A stretch of DNA of 64,000 nucleotides, from contig JBAYJP010000002.1 of NCBI GenBank assembly GCA_041665025.1, positions 64,691 through 128,690 on the forward strand. The letters are read 5' to 3'. The notes under the pieces were generated by a model, which saw only the letters and a program-made list of their open reading frames with translations, did no database searches and was not told the DNA's origin. Shown here piece by piece: positions 39,492 through 49,552 of the stretch (position 1 is its first letter; each line of letters starts with the position of its first letter). The position numbers and the translations under genes are program-made. Source of the DNA: Candidatus Magasanikiibacteriota bacterium (GTDB lineage: Bacteria > Patescibacteriota > Patescibacteriia > Magasanikbacterales > UBA922).

Positions 39492-40607
39492 ATGAAAACG
39501 ACAAAACTTCTTATTATTTCTTTATCAGCAGGCTCTGGACATGTACAAGCGGCCAAAGCAATAAAAGAAACAGCAGATACCTACCCACAGGTAGTCTGTG
39601 AACATATCGACATGGCCGGCTATATCACAAGAGTATTCAAGGCATCGGCTATCTCCTCATACCACGTTATTATTGAACATTTTCCAAAACTTTGGAAATC
39701 ATTTTTTGATATTACAGACAATGAAAATTTTCTCAATGCATATTACACCATTACAAAATATTTAAAACTTATTAATTCTTTCCCTCTATACAAAAAAATA
39801 CAACAATTTAATCCTGACTATATCTTGTGCTCTCATTTCCTGGCCGCTGATGTACTACTCAACACAACATCGAGCAACAGACCCCGTGTACCTGTATCTG
39901 TTCTCGTGACAGATTATGGACTCCACCCCTTGTGGGCAGTATCGGGCGTGTCGCATTATTTTGTAGCAACCTCGTCAATCGAACAAACCCTAAAAAAAAA
40001 CCACCACGTACCAAAATCTCATATCACCGTAAGTGGTATTCCTGTCTACCGCTCATTTTATGAAAATTCCAAAAAAGAAGATCTACGGACCAGATATCAT
40101 TTACCATTAAAAAACCAGACCATACTCCTACTGTCCGGAGGGCAAGGGTTGATGGAAACTGATACATTGGCAAAAAAAATATTTTCATATTCAAAACCTG
40201 TTACCCTTATTGCCATCGCAGGAAAAAATGAAGAACTGCGGCAAAATCTGCTTAGACTTTCTGCACCTCCCCATATCAATTACCGTGTCATTGGATGGAC
40301 ACATGATATGGCGTCATACATAAAGTTGTCTGATGTCGTGATAAGCAAACCCGGCGGATTGACCACAACCGAATGCATGATCTCGGGAGTACCACTTATC
40401 GCAGTTAATCCTATTCCTGGGCAAGAAGAATTTAATGTCGAATTTATACAACAAAAAAACCTTGGCGCGCTTGCCAAGGATAGTGAAAGCCTCTTGAAAT
40501 TATTGCATCATTTTCTTGAAAAGAAAGAGCCTCTCGAGTCCGAAAAAATCCAGCCTGCTTCAGATATAATACTCAAAAAAATTATTACCGCACCCACGGC
40601 GCATTGA
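39492..40607 (+). CDS. MGDG synthase/UgtP-like glycosyltransferase (GT28)
   Basis: 'GSGHVQAAKA', 'VTDYGLH', 'SKPGGLTTTE', 'PIPGQEEFN'. Confidence 0.88.
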   Translation: MKTTKLLIISLSAGSGHVQAAKAIKETADTYPQVVCEHIDMAGYITRVFKASAISSYHVIIEHFPKLWKSFFDITDNENFLNAYYTITKYLKLINSFPLYKKIQQFNPDYILCSHFLAADVLLNTTSSNRPRVPVSVLVTDYGLHPLWAVSGVSHYFVATSSIEQTLKKNHHVPKSHITVSGIPVYRSFYENSKKEDLRTRYHLPLKNQTILLLSGGQGLMETDTLAKKIFSYSKPVTLIAIAGKNEELRQNLLRLSAPPHINYRVIGWTHDMASYIKLSDVVISKPGGLTTTECMISGVPLIAVNPIPGQEEFNVEFIQQKNLGALAKDSESLLKLLHHFLEKKEPLESEKIQPASDIILKKIITAPTAH

Positions 40608-41145
40608 CTTCCGGAGGTGTAGTGCTCTGTTCAAGCGGATCTCGCTGATAGAATTGCTCCTGACTTGGAAGCACATCAAACTCAAAAAATGAACCATAGG
40701 GATTTTCATTTCCTTTTCCATACAAATACCACACAAACCCAGCAATACTATACGAGGTAAGCATAATAAATACGCCCAAAACTCCATAAAATATTATTTG
40801 CTTTCCCTTTTTTATTTTTTCTTCTTCTCCGCTTGAGGTCATGACCAAATATCCTCCGTATATCGTGTACACAGTGGCAAGTGTTCCTACAATACTCAAA
40901 AATATTTTGATTATCTGCGCCACAATCAGACGCGGATCGCGAGGAGAACCCAAATTTGCACCCTGCTCTCCGGCAAATGCGTCCAATTGCCTGAACATAT
41001 CTGAACCTGCGTATGGCACGGTCCCATTTTTTTGTTCATCTGTCCCTTCTGCGTATGTAAATTGGGCAATGAAAAAAATTCCTGTAATTATTCCACTCAG
41101 GAGAATTAGAGATGCTATTTTTTTTCTATGTGTTAGCTTCAACAT
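40585..41145 (-). CDS. VirB2/TrbC-like pilin family protein
   Basis: Signal peptide + 2 TM with loop 'GYLVMTSSGEEEKIKKGK'. Confidence 0.75.
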   Translation of the reverse strand: MLKLTHRKKIASLILLSGIITGIFFIAQFTYAEGTDEQKNGTVPYAGSDMFRQLDAFAGEQGANLGSPRDPRLIVAQIIKIFLSIVGTLATVYTIYGGYLVMTSSGEEEKIKKGKQIIFYGVLGVFIMLTSYSIAGFVWYLYGKGNENPYGSFFEFDVLPSQEQFYQRDPLEQSTTPPEVNAPWVR

Positions 41146-41151
41146 AGTATA

Positions 41152-41601
41152 TTACTCAAAAAACTGAGGTTGCGAGGCAGACGGAATAATTCCTGATGCC
41201 TGCGTTATTCTGCTCATCACAAAATTGGTAATACTGTATGCCGACAAAATCACCAAAATCCCTATGACTGCTCCCTGCATGGTTTTGCGTGCTTTGGAAA
41301 TTTTTTCTTCTTCACCATGTGAAGTAATAAACCAATATCCTGAAATAAAAAACAGAAATACAAATACAGTACCAAGCAACCCAAGTCCTATTCGAACAAA
41401 CCGCATGGCTGTCAGACGAGGATCCACCGCTCCCTCTCCATAGCCAGCTTGCAGGGTACCTGCCTGAAGCTGTCGAATTACCTCGTTTGTCGTATCTTCA
41501 TTCACCGACTGGGCAAAAACGTTTGAATACACAGAAAAAATGCCCACAAAACAGATGAGAAAGACAAAGGCCAAGATGTATAATTTTCTATAATATTTCA
41601 T
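41152..41601 (-). CDS. VirB2/TrbC-like pilin family protein
   Basis: 'GYWFITSHGEEEKISKARK'. Confidence 0.75.
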   Translation of the reverse strand: MKYYRKLYILAFVFLICFVGIFSVYSNVFAQSVNEDTTNEVIRQLQAGTLQAGYGEGAVDPRLTAMRFVRIGLGLLGTVFVFLFFISGYWFITSHGEEEKISKARKTMQGAVIGILVILSAYSITNFVMSRITQASGIIPSASQPQFFE

Positions 41602-41610
41602 AGCATGCTT

Positions 41611-42021
41611 TTATTCTATACCTGCACCCGGGGCTGTCTGTGGCGTAGTGCCTGCCAATATGCGCGGTACGATAAATGCCGTGATACTATATGCGGCCAA
41701 TACAATGATAAGTCCAATTATCGCCGCTTTGATAATCTCTTTTGATTTGTCTATTTGTGCTTCTTCTCCACGGGCAACCATCCACAAATACCCTCCATAT
41801 ATCATAAGCACGGTAAACAAGACGCCCATGATTGAAAGAGCGATGCTAATAATAGTACCAATATTGGCTGCCAAGGTCGTATCATTTGTCTCAGGATTAA
41901 ACCCGGCTTCAGCTCCGGCGTTTTTTACATAACTATTTATCCCGAAATCAAGGGCAAGAGACATTGAGGGGACTGCAAGCAACACAAGGGCAAAAATAAA
42001 TGTAATTATCTTTTTGAACAT
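41611..42021 (-). CDS. VirB2/TrbC-like pilin family protein
   Basis: 'GYLWMVARGEEAQIDKSK'. Confidence 0.75.
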   Translation of the reverse strand: MFKKIITFIFALVLLAVPSMSLALDFGINSYVKNAGAEAGFNPETNDTTLAANIGTIISIALSIMGVLFTVLMIYGGYLWMVARGEEAQIDKSKEIIKAAIIGLIIVLAAYSITAFIVPRILAGTTPQTAPGAGIE

Positions 42022-42029
42022 ACTATGCT

Positions 42030-42140
42030 TAAAGATTAAAAGATTGCAAGATTAAAAGATTGAAAGATTAAAAGATTTTGAAATACTGTAATTTGGTATC
42101 CAATCACAATCTTATAATCTTTCAATCTTTTAGTCTTTCT
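42030..42140. repeat. family C (AAGATTnn) gene-less inverted array
   Basis: AAAGATTAAAAGATTGCAAGATTAAAAGATTGAAAGATT ... AATCTTATAATCTTTCAATCTTTT; also approximately 29633-29780 and 58140-58177. Confidence 0.8.
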
Positions 42141-42205
42141 CTTTTGTATCTATGACCTTAAAACTAAGGACGACGTCTGGAAGATATCACCCCCCATGCA
42201 ACGCG

Positions 42206-42577
42206 CTACGTCACCCCAAACTTACTCGTCACAAATATGGTGATCGCGTAGGCACTCACCGTAATAAACAACCCAATAATGGCCGCATAAATAATATTTC
42301 GTGCGCTTTCAATTTTGCTCTCTTCACCGCGCGCAGTCATCCATAGTACGCCCGCATACACCATAAGTGCCAAAAAGATAATACCTACCAAACTCAAAAC
42401 ACCCTTTATCAATCCGCCTACCAATAATCCAATATCACTTTGTGTAGTACCTGCTTTACCAGCAACAGTGGTCAAATTTGGACCTGAACTCTTTACACCT
42501 TGCGCAACTACAGATGAAACCAATGCCGTACACATGAATACACTGAGTAAGATAACTGAAATTATTTTTTTGAACAT
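42206..42577 (-). CDS. VirB2/TrbC-like pilin family protein
   Basis: 'GVLWMTARGEESKIESAR'. Confidence 0.75.
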   Translation of the reverse strand: MFKKIISVILLSVFMCTALVSSVVAQGVKSSGPNLTTVAGKAGTTQSDIGLLVGGLIKGVLSLVGIIFLALMVYAGVLWMTARGEESKIESARNIIYAAIIGLFITVSAYAITIFVTSKFGVT

Positions 42578-42609
42578 ACACTTCAATTATTCTATAATAT
42601 TTTTTATTT

Positions 42610-43296
42610 TCAACGATTTTCCTTGCACTGTTCGGCTTCCTGTCCTTCAAAAAATTGCCATGTCCCTTCCCCCTCTGGTCCATATAGACAATCATCTATT
42701 CCTTCTCTGACAGCTTCACCAAAATACTTGCAATCCGCATATGTTGTTATGCGCCATGCCTTAGTTTCAACACCCAAAAGAAGTTCCTCGGAACACGCGC
42801 CTGACTCTCCTCCGCTCGCCTTCACCCAGTCATAACAGCATCCTGTTGGTTCATTGCCTACTTGGCTTGGGTTATCGGTAATCGAAAGACCTCCACCTGC
42901 CTGGTTATCTATAATTCTCTGCTGGACAAATGTGGTAATCGCATACGAACTTACCAAAATAATCATACCTATGGTCGAAGCAATAAGTGTTTTCCGCGCT
43001 TTGTCCACTTTGTCTTCTTCTCCACGCGCAGTCATCCACATAAGACCCGCATATACCATAAGGCCAAAAAATATAATTCCCGCTATACTCAGCGCATATT
43101 TTATTAACGTACCAATGTATGTGCCAACATCGCCCTGGTCAATGCCTGACTTTTGCACTACGGTGCTTAGTGCCGAGTCTGCGTCGCTCAAGGTTTTTTT
43201 GGCATAAATTTTTTGTTGCCCATACCCCAAAACTCCCGTCAACACCAATATTAACATTACAATAATTTTATAACGAAAAAAATACATACTCTCCAT
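42610..43296 (-). CDS. pilin-domain protein with Cys-rich C-terminus
   Basis: 'GLMWMTARGEEDKVDKAR' followed by a Cys-rich tail. Confidence 0.75.
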   Translation of the reverse strand: MESMYFFRYKIIVMLILVLTGVLGYGQQKIYAKKTLSDADSALSTVVQKSGIDQGDVGTYIGTLIKYALSIAGIIFFGLMVYAGLMWMTARGEEDKVDKARKTLIASTIGMIILVSSYAITTFVQQRIIDNQAGGGLSITDNPSQVGNEPTGCCYDWVKASGGESGACSEELLLGVETKAWRITTYADCKYFGEAVREGIDDCLYGPEGEGTWQFFEGQEAEQCKENR

Positions 43297-43299
43297 AAT

Positions 43300-44142
43300 T
43301 TAGTTACACTGATCTGTAGCGCCACAAATATCAGTGCCGTCTAGCATACAGGTAGTCCATACTACAATTTCTCCAGGTAGATCACATTCAGGTGGTTTGT
43401 CTGTTACACAATTTGAACCGGCACATGCTATTCTTATTTCTTCTTCGGTTCCTCCAGTAGTAGCCCCTCCTACACAAGCACAATAAGTTGTTCCCTCAGA
43501 TGCAGTACAGAAATCTGGAGCTGTACAAGGAGGAGGAGTACTACCACTTGGTGTACAACATTTATCATCTCCGGGGCATCCTCCTGCCGTAGTCTCAGAA
43601 TAAGCGTCCCATGCCTTACATTTTGTTGCATCGCCCCAATTAGTCGCACCTGCTGCTGTCTGAGATTGGCAAGTAAACGTGACCCAACCTGGTGGTTGAG
43701 TAAACACTGCTTTTAATCCTTCTGTTTTTCCACACAAACTTGCGGTTGGGGTTGTCCCTCCACCACCACCATCGCCCGTACCGCCTACACTCTTAAACAC
43801 AAAATTCGTAATGGCGTATGCTGACATGACGATAATAATACCAATAATCGCGGCAAACACGGTATTCAAAGCTTTTTTTGCTTGTTCTTCATTTCCTCTG
43901 TCTGTCATCCACAATATCCCGCCGTAAATCATGAGTACAAAAAAGACAACCGAGACCATGGATAATGCCGTGCCTATCACATTACCTATAATTTCTGGAA
44001 GATTGCCCTTTTTCAAATTTGCAGCACCTGCGGCAGTGTCTAGGCCATAATTACTATCTTGGGCAAAAACACCAACAGCGGACATAATTCCTACTGAGAT
44101 AATAATTCCCAAAAACAGATAGAGGAATTTTTTGGACAACAT
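43300..44142 (-). CDS. pilin-domain protein with Cys/Gly/Thr-rich C-terminus
   Basis: 'GILWMTDRGNEEQAKKAL', 'CPGDDKCC'. Confidence 0.75.
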   Translation of the reverse strand: MLSKKFLYLFLGIIISVGIMSAVGVFAQDSNYGLDTAAGAANLKKGNLPEIIGNVIGTALSMVSVVFFVLMIYGGILWMTDRGNEEQAKKALNTVFAAIIGIIIVMSAYAITNFVFKSVGGTGDGGGGGTTPTASLCGKTEGLKAVFTQPPGWVTFTCQSQTAAGATNWGDATKCKAWDAYSETTAGGCPGDDKCCTPSGSTPPPCTAPDFCTASEGTTYCACVGGATTGGTEEEIRIACAGSNCVTDKPPECDLPGEIVVWTTCMLDGTDICGATDQCN

Positions 44143-44148
44143 ATAGTA

Positions 44149-44634
44149 AAATTATTCTAATTGTTCTAATTATACTAATTATTCTAAATAAAACTTAATA
44201 AACTAACTATTTTTATTTTTAACCTTGTGATAAATTGCATTAAATATCAGATGCAATTGGCGAGCTTCATCCCACAAAACTCTAGCTTCATTTTTTAGAT
44301 CTTCATCTCCAAAGCTCACAGCAAGCATTCTCAAAAAATGTTTTACCTCTCGAGTTTCTTTTTTACAAATACCTATTTTATGCACGAAATCTTTAGATGA
44401 TTCTGCATCGTCTGCCTCGCAATAATTCGCCCCTATACTCGTACCTGCCGCAACAAATTGTGGTATCAGCCGCTCTGTCACTTTATTTACTAAAATTTTC
44501 TTAGCAAATTTGACAACATGTTCTCCAAACTTCGCTGTTCTCTCTTCGAGGTCATATTTTCTTAATGTTGTGCCTGTTTCCTCCTTATTCATTCCTTAGG
44601 TTAATTAGAACAATTAGTATAATTAGAATAATTT
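44149..44634. mobile_element. putative cassette: four-helix-bundle gene within inverted 9-nt arrays (family D)
   Basis: Left AATTATTCT-AATTGTTCT-AATTATACT-AATTATTCT; right arm is the reverse complement with units reordered; mobility is inferred. Confidence 0.5.
44203..44592 (-). CDS. four-helix-bundle protein (TIGR02436-like)
   Basis: 'YDLEERTAKF', 'QFVAAGTSIGANYCEADDAESSKDFVHKIGICKKETRE'. Confidence 0.88.
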   Translation of the reverse strand: MNKEETGTTLRKYDLEERTAKFGEHVVKFAKKILVNKVTERLIPQFVAAGTSIGANYCEADDAESSKDFVHKIGICKKETREVKHFLRMLAVSFGDEDLKNEARVLWDEARQLHLIFNAIYHKVKNKNS

Positions 44635-44662
44635 ACGTAATTAGGTGAATTCAAAATATTTT

Positions 44663-45082
44663 CTACGAACTCCACCCGCTTTGTAACTCTGTTGCATCCA
44701 TGAGATTCTCTAAGACAAAATTTGAAATTGCAAAAGCCATAAGTATAATGACTATACCAATAACGGCCGCAAAAATAATTTTGCGGGCTTCTCCAGCCTT
44801 TTCTTCATTTCCGCCGGCAGTCATCCAGAGGAAACCTGCATAAATAATAAGGACAGTAGCAATAATACCCAATAATCCAAGCGACGCATTGATAATTTTG
44901 GCAGTCAGAATGCGCGGATCGCGAGCACTAAGTCCTGTATCTGCAACACAACCAAGTCCCAATGGATCGGTAGGATCATCACACTCGTCTACCATCTGGG
45001 CAGAAACCAAAAGTGGGCTTTGCAAAAAACCTACAGCTAAAACAAAACAAAGGATAATGAAAGACAATACCTTTTTGGACAT
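44663..45082 (-). CDS. VirB2/TrbC-like pilin family protein
   Basis: 'GFLWMTAGGNEEKAGEARK'; start MSKK because the upstream extension is repeat DNA. Confidence 0.78.
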   Translation of the reverse strand: MSKKVLSFIILCFVLAVGFLQSPLLVSAQMVDECDDPTDPLGLGCVADTGLSARDPRILTAKIINASLGLLGIIATVLIIYAGFLWMTAGGNEEKAGEARKIIFAAVIGIVIILMAFAISNFVLENLMDATELQSGWSS

Positions 45083-45090
45083 ATGAAAAT

Positions 45091-45196
45091 GAATTATTCT
45101 AATTAACCTAATTGTTCTAATTATTCTAAACAATTTCTAATATGGTTTTTAATTTAGGGGTTTGTTTAGAATAATTAGTATAATTAGAATAATTTT
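45091..45196. repeat. family D gene-less inverted array
   Basis: Same 9-nt units as around 44203-44592; another copy at approximately 49362-49485. Confidence 0.85.
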
Positions 45197-45216
45197 TGTA
45201 TGGATATTCAAAATCT

Positions 45217-45248
45217 GAGGGCAAGGAGCATTTTTTCCCCTTGCCCTC
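45217..45248. terminator. hairpin downstream of the probable major pilin
   Basis: GAGGGCAAGG...CCTTGCCCTC. Confidence 0.55.
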
Positions 45249-45259
45249 TATAATCCAGA

Positions 45260-45703
45260 TTATAAAGTATATGTTGTGTCACTAGTCGTACCCGTAGCTC
45301 TACCAAGCTGTATCAAAGCAAACCGAGCAATTGCCCATGCTGCCAAGATTACTGCCATACCAATAATTCCCGAGAAGATCCATTTGCGAGCTTCTCCCAC
45401 TTTTTCTTCATTTCCGCCAGCAGTCATCCATTTGAATCCGCCGATAAGGACAATAACAACTGCGATAATACCGAGCATGCTCAAAGCAATGTTGATAATT
45501 TTGGTCGCAGTAACACGTAAATCTGCCTTTCCTAAGGCAATCCCGGTGCTATCTGCATCTCCGTCTTGAATTACATCAATTCCAAATGGATCGTCTCCAC
45601 TAGCTGCTCCAACAAAAGATGGTGAAAGCACTAAACCAAACACTGCGATTGCAAGTATGGTTAAAACTGTTCTGTATTTTGTCAATTTGTACAATAAGTT
45701 CAT
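45260..45703 (-). CDS. VirB2/TrbC-like pilin, probable major subunit
   Basis: 'GFKWMTAGGNEEKVGEARK'; strong SD GGGAGGTGA before ATG 45703. Confidence 0.78.
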   Translation of the reverse strand: MNLLYKLTKYRTVLTILAIAVFGLVLSPSFVGAASGDDPFGIDVIQDGDADSTGIALGKADLRVTATKIINIALSMLGIIAVVIVLIGGFKWMTAGGNEEKVGEARKWIFSGIIGMAVILAAWAIARFALIQLGRATGTTSDTTYTL

Positions 45704-45762
45704 GTGTCTCACCTCCCTTCTAAAAGAAGGATTATTTTTTATTAATCCAATAAATTTATAGT

Positions 45763-46728
45763 TTATTGACTCACAGCAGCGCCTCTTACTGTCTTTTCTG
45801 TTGTCCATTCACAAGTGTCAAATTCAGGAAATCCAGCCCGTGATTGTTCACATTCACCTTGCGTATTAAATTCAACACGCACTTCCCAATTTCCCCTCGA
45901 TTCATTTTGAAAACCACAATAACAATTTTTTATTTGTTCAACGCATTCTTCTCGTATTTCATATTCTGTTCCTGTACAAGGACCCCCACCACCTGGGATA
46001 CATTGATTGTCTATCAAACAAAACGTAGTTTGTTGGACAGGGGCTGTATACCCCACGCCAAGCCCTTTTAAAATTAAATCAATTATAGCATAACTGCTAA
46101 AAATAACAACAATTCCCAACACTGCCCAGGTGATTGCCATGGTGCCTTTTTTTATTTGTTCTGCATTGCCAGCAGAAGTAAGCCACATGAAACCTCCATA
46201 CACGACAACAAGCAGAGTGACAGCCCCCAAAATTCCCATTCCAACTCGTATGGCCCCGCCAAAAACTTCCAAAGCATTATTTGCGTTTACTGGATTTGTA
46301 AGAGACACACAACCAGGGGGAGTACATGGTCCGCCATATTGCTGTATAAGAGAATTTCTCAAAGATTCTGGATCAATCGGACTTCCCGCACTACCTCCAC
46401 CTCCAGCAGCAGCACCATCTCCAGCAGCAGCACCATCTCCAGCAGCAGCAGCACCATCTCCAGCAGCACCACCACCAACCTGTTCAATACAAAGTCCTTC
46501 TTTACATGCTGAACCAGCCACACATTCTATATCTCCTTCCTCTTCACCACAAGACCCGCCTTCAAAAATACATATGCTACCAGTGTCACCATCAACACAG
46601 CTAAAATTTGGTAATGTACAACTTTCATCACTAAGACAAGTCCTGTCTTCAGATCTCACAATTTCTCTATAACTAAAAATTGTTGCGACTGTCATTACTA
46701 TAATCGCTGTTTTCAAAAAAAATTTCAT
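45763..46728 (-). CDS. pilin-domain protein with Cys-rich flanking domains and GDGAAA repeats
   Basis: 'GFMWLTSAGNAEQIKKG'; coding tandem repeat at about 46405-46470. Confidence 0.72.
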   Translation of the reverse strand: MKFFLKTAIIVMTVATIFSYREIVRSEDRTCLSDESCTLPNFSCVDGDTGSICIFEGGSCGEEEGDIECVAGSACKEGLCIEQVGGGAAGDGAAAAGDGAAAGDGAAAGGGGSAGSPIDPESLRNSLIQQYGGPCTPPGCVSLTNPVNANNALEVFGGAIRVGMGILGAVTLLVVVYGGFMWLTSAGNAEQIKKGTMAITWAVLGIVVIFSSYAIIDLILKGLGVGYTAPVQQTTFCLIDNQCIPGGGGPCTGTEYEIREECVEQIKNCYCGFQNESRGNWEVRVEFNTQGECEQSRAGFPEFDTCEWTTEKTVRGAAVSQ

Positions 46729-46745
46729 AAGTTCATAAGCTATAA

Positions 46746-47963
46746 TTAAAATCTAAAATCAGATTTTACTTGCAACATCTTCAATAAGAAATCAACCAAA
46801 ATATACGCGCTAAACGTGACAACAAGACCCATAGTTGCCGACGTAAGCATGCTTTTGCCTTTTTCAACTTTTTCGCTATTGCCAAAAGACAACACCCACG
46901 TAAATCCTCCATAGACAAACATAACAAATGCAAATCCTGCAGCACCTCCCATAAATATTTTCCCCGCGTTTATCATAAGTTGAAGCAGATCATTAATATT
47001 TCTGCACTGTCCACTATATGCACAATCCGGCAAGAGTCCTGATGCGTCTTCGGGGACGGGATATTGTTGAGAAATAGATTGTTCAACTGCAACGCTGTCA
47101 ATAGGTTTGCATTCTCCTCCCTCTTTTCCAGTAACAGTGCTCCAAGCACAGGTGTCTTTTAATTTTTCACGTTCACAAATGCTTTTGGGAAATTTTGTAC
47201 ACAAACTACCATCTCTAGCAGACACACAACTTGATTCATTCCAAATACACAATACATTGGAATCACAGTCAGTTTTTTCAAAACCAGAACAAGCTAATTT
47301 GGATATGGTGATTGAAAAATCTTTCAAGCCATATTTTGCTGGTGTACCACTCGTATATGCAAGAAAAGAAAATTTTACTTCTTTTGGCAACGAAACATCA
47401 GATATACTTCCCAAATATTCAGTTGGATTAAAACTAAAAACTATATTCGCAGGATTCCCGCTTGCCTGCAAAGGTCCAGTATAACCCGATATTTTATCAC
47501 AATTGAGACACAAAAGTGTAAAATTATATGAACCACTTTTTGTAGCTTTCACCATAACATTATTTAACATCTCACCAGGCGTGACTTCAGTTGACCCTAC
47601 ATATGTTATTATGGAACTATCTGGAGCTCCACTTAAATTCATGACTGACTGGATACATCTGGGTTCCTGGGTACATCCCACTTCTCTGCCCTTCAAAGGT
47701 GTGTTACATATTCGACCTGGATTTGGAGTATTCGGATCAAGAACCTCGCAAGGTCCTGTATGCATATAATCGGCCCTACACGAACCTTCAGGTTTAGGGC
47801 TACAAGAGACTGCTGTTTCCCCTAAATATCCCGCACAACATCTGCCACTCAAGTCTGCTGCAAAAATAAAATTTGGATTTAACAAATAAATGGATAAACC
47901 CAAAGTAAGAAAAAAAAATATCACTTTTTTTATTTTTGATGCACTTACAAGTAATTTTTTCAT
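46746..47963 (-). CDS. Cys-rich secreted protein with C-terminal pilin domain
   Basis: 'GFTWVLSFGNSEKVEKGK'. Confidence 0.72.
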   Translation of the reverse strand: MKKLLVSASKIKKVIFFFLTLGLSIYLLNPNFIFAADLSGRCCAGYLGETAVSCSPKPEGSCRADYMHTGPCEVLDPNTPNPGRICNTPLKGREVGCTQEPRCIQSVMNLSGAPDSSIITYVGSTEVTPGEMLNNVMVKATKSGSYNFTLLCLNCDKISGYTGPLQASGNPANIVFSFNPTEYLGSISDVSLPKEVKFSFLAYTSGTPAKYGLKDFSITISKLACSGFEKTDCDSNVLCIWNESSCVSARDGSLCTKFPKSICEREKLKDTCAWSTVTGKEGGECKPIDSVAVEQSISQQYPVPEDASGLLPDCAYSGQCRNINDLLQLMINAGKIFMGGAAGFAFVMFVYGGFTWVLSFGNSEKVEKGKSMLTSATMGLVVTFSAYILVDFLLKMLQVKSDFRF

Positions 47964-47972
47964 ATACCTTTC

Positions 47973-49346
47973 TTACATCGTCTGCTGTACGCGTGCAGCA
48001 GTATTAATAATTAATTTTCTATCTCTGTCAATTGGTTCTTCTCTATCTCCATACGGCTTTAGAAGTTCACTTACCAAAGTCTTCATCGCATCACGCGCAG
48101 TATCTATATCACGGCCCGTATACCAATTTTCTGCATACAACGCTTGGGTCGCAAACGGTTCCATATTTTCATCTTTTTGCTGTTCAGTAATTTGAGTACG
48201 CAAAGGACTCGGCCTAAACATGGCATCGGTATATATCTTCACATTTGCAGGTGATGTAATATAACGCACAAAATCCCACGCTTCGTTTTGGTGCTTTGAC
48301 TTGAGAGCGACTGATTCAACCCAATAATTTGCAACATTGCGCGGGCTGTCTGGATTGAGCTGAAACACCGGCAATATTTTCATATTCATTTGTGGAGCGC
48401 GCGCTTTTATGCGCGGATAGTCGTATGCGTATCCAAAATAAAATACGACTTTACCCCGTACAAATGCGTCTAATGCATTTTCCATTTTTTCATTCCACGA
48501 ATAAACTTTTTTGGTAGGACGGGCAAAGTCAGTATAAAAATCCAACGCGCGAAATGTCGGATGCGTCCTATCTGAAAGGTCAACACCATCGGCAAAACGA
48601 ACATATCCACCCTGTGACATGTCTACTCCGCTTTGAAGCATAAATAATGATAGAATATCGAAACTAGCATCAATATTATTGCCTGTTCCGAGCGCTGCGC
48701 CGGACTGCACAATATCTCCACGTGAATTAAATTTGGTTGTTTTTTCTATAATTTTTACAAATTCATCCCATGTCTTGGGCGCTTCAGAAATTCCTGCGCG
48801 ATCAAGCAAATCTTGATTATAATACACACCCAAAGAATCCATGGCTATAGGCAAGCCATATATTTTGTTATCAAAAACGACATCCTGATACACGGTCTTC
48901 ACATATCCATCTTTTACTTCTTTTACGGAAGGCAGTGGTATGGTATCAATAATAACTTCTTTTTCATCAGTATATTTATTTGTGACAACTATCCGTGCCA
49001 TTTTCACTGATGCGGGCATAGGAGCCAAACGATTTTTTTGTTTCTTAAGCCACTGTACATGCATCGACACGATATCTGGCCCTACGTCATCAGCAAGAGC
49101 AGTCGTAAATAATCGATCAAATTCTTCATAACGCACTTGGCGTATATTAATTTTTACATAGGGACGAGCTTTTTCATATTCAGCAGCCATTTTTTGCAAT
49201 TGGGATACGTCATCAAAGATAGTCCAATATTCAAGCTGGACGCGTTTGAGCGCGGCCTGTTGTTCGGCATTGAGACCCTTACAACCCAAGCCAGTCGTAA
49301 GAAGCAAAATTGTGAGTATAAAAATAGATATTAGCCTCTTGTACAT
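47973..49346 (-). CDS. extracellular solute-binding lipoprotein (sugar ABC-type SBP fold)
   Basis: Lipobox 'GLGC', 'GPDIV', 'IYGLP', 'YYNQDLLDRAG', 'PKTWDEF'. Confidence 0.85.
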   Translation of the reverse strand: MYKRLISIFILTILLLTTGLGCKGLNAEQQAALKRVQLEYWTIFDDVSQLQKMAAEYEKARPYVKINIRQVRYEEFDRLFTTALADDVGPDIVSMHVQWLKKQKNRLAPMPASVKMARIVVTNKYTDEKEVIIDTIPLPSVKEVKDGYVKTVYQDVVFDNKIYGLPIAMDSLGVYYNQDLLDRAGISEAPKTWDEFVKIIEKTTKFNSRGDIVQSGAALGTGNNIDASFDILSLFMLQSGVDMSQGGYVRFADGVDLSDRTHPTFRALDFYTDFARPTKKVYSWNEKMENALDAFVRGKVVFYFGYAYDYPRIKARAPQMNMKILPVFQLNPDSPRNVANYWVESVALKSKHQNEAWDFVRYITSPANVKIYTDAMFRPSPLRTQITEQQKDENMEPFATQALYAENWYTGRDIDTARDAMKTLVSELLKPYGDREEPIDRDRKLIINTAARVQQTM

Positions 49347-49552
49347 AATTTATTTTAAAAACAATTATTCTAATTAACCTAATTGTTCTAATTATTCTAA
49401 AAATAACTGGCTCTACTTCCCTATTAACTACCTTTTTTTAGATTCAACAATATTTTAGAATAATTAGTACAATTAAAATAATTTGGGAACAACAAACTGA
49501 AAACAAATTTCATTATAAAATACACCTTAATTCTTTGCGGTTGATATCCGTA

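Noticed and set aside
39286-39504. 72-aa minus-strand ORF, and 39194-39388 on the plus strand
   Set aside because: Both overlap tRNA-His and are likely spurious translations of tRNA sequence.
33929-44592. Diversity-generating retroelement suggested by Avd-like genes
   Set aside because: No reverse transcriptase and no TR/VR pair with adenine-specific mismatches is visible in the window.
46405-46470. CCAGCAGCAGCACCATCT tandem repeat as a mobile repeat family
   Set aside because: Unit lengths are multiples of 3 and encode a GDGAAA linker, an ordinary coding repeat.
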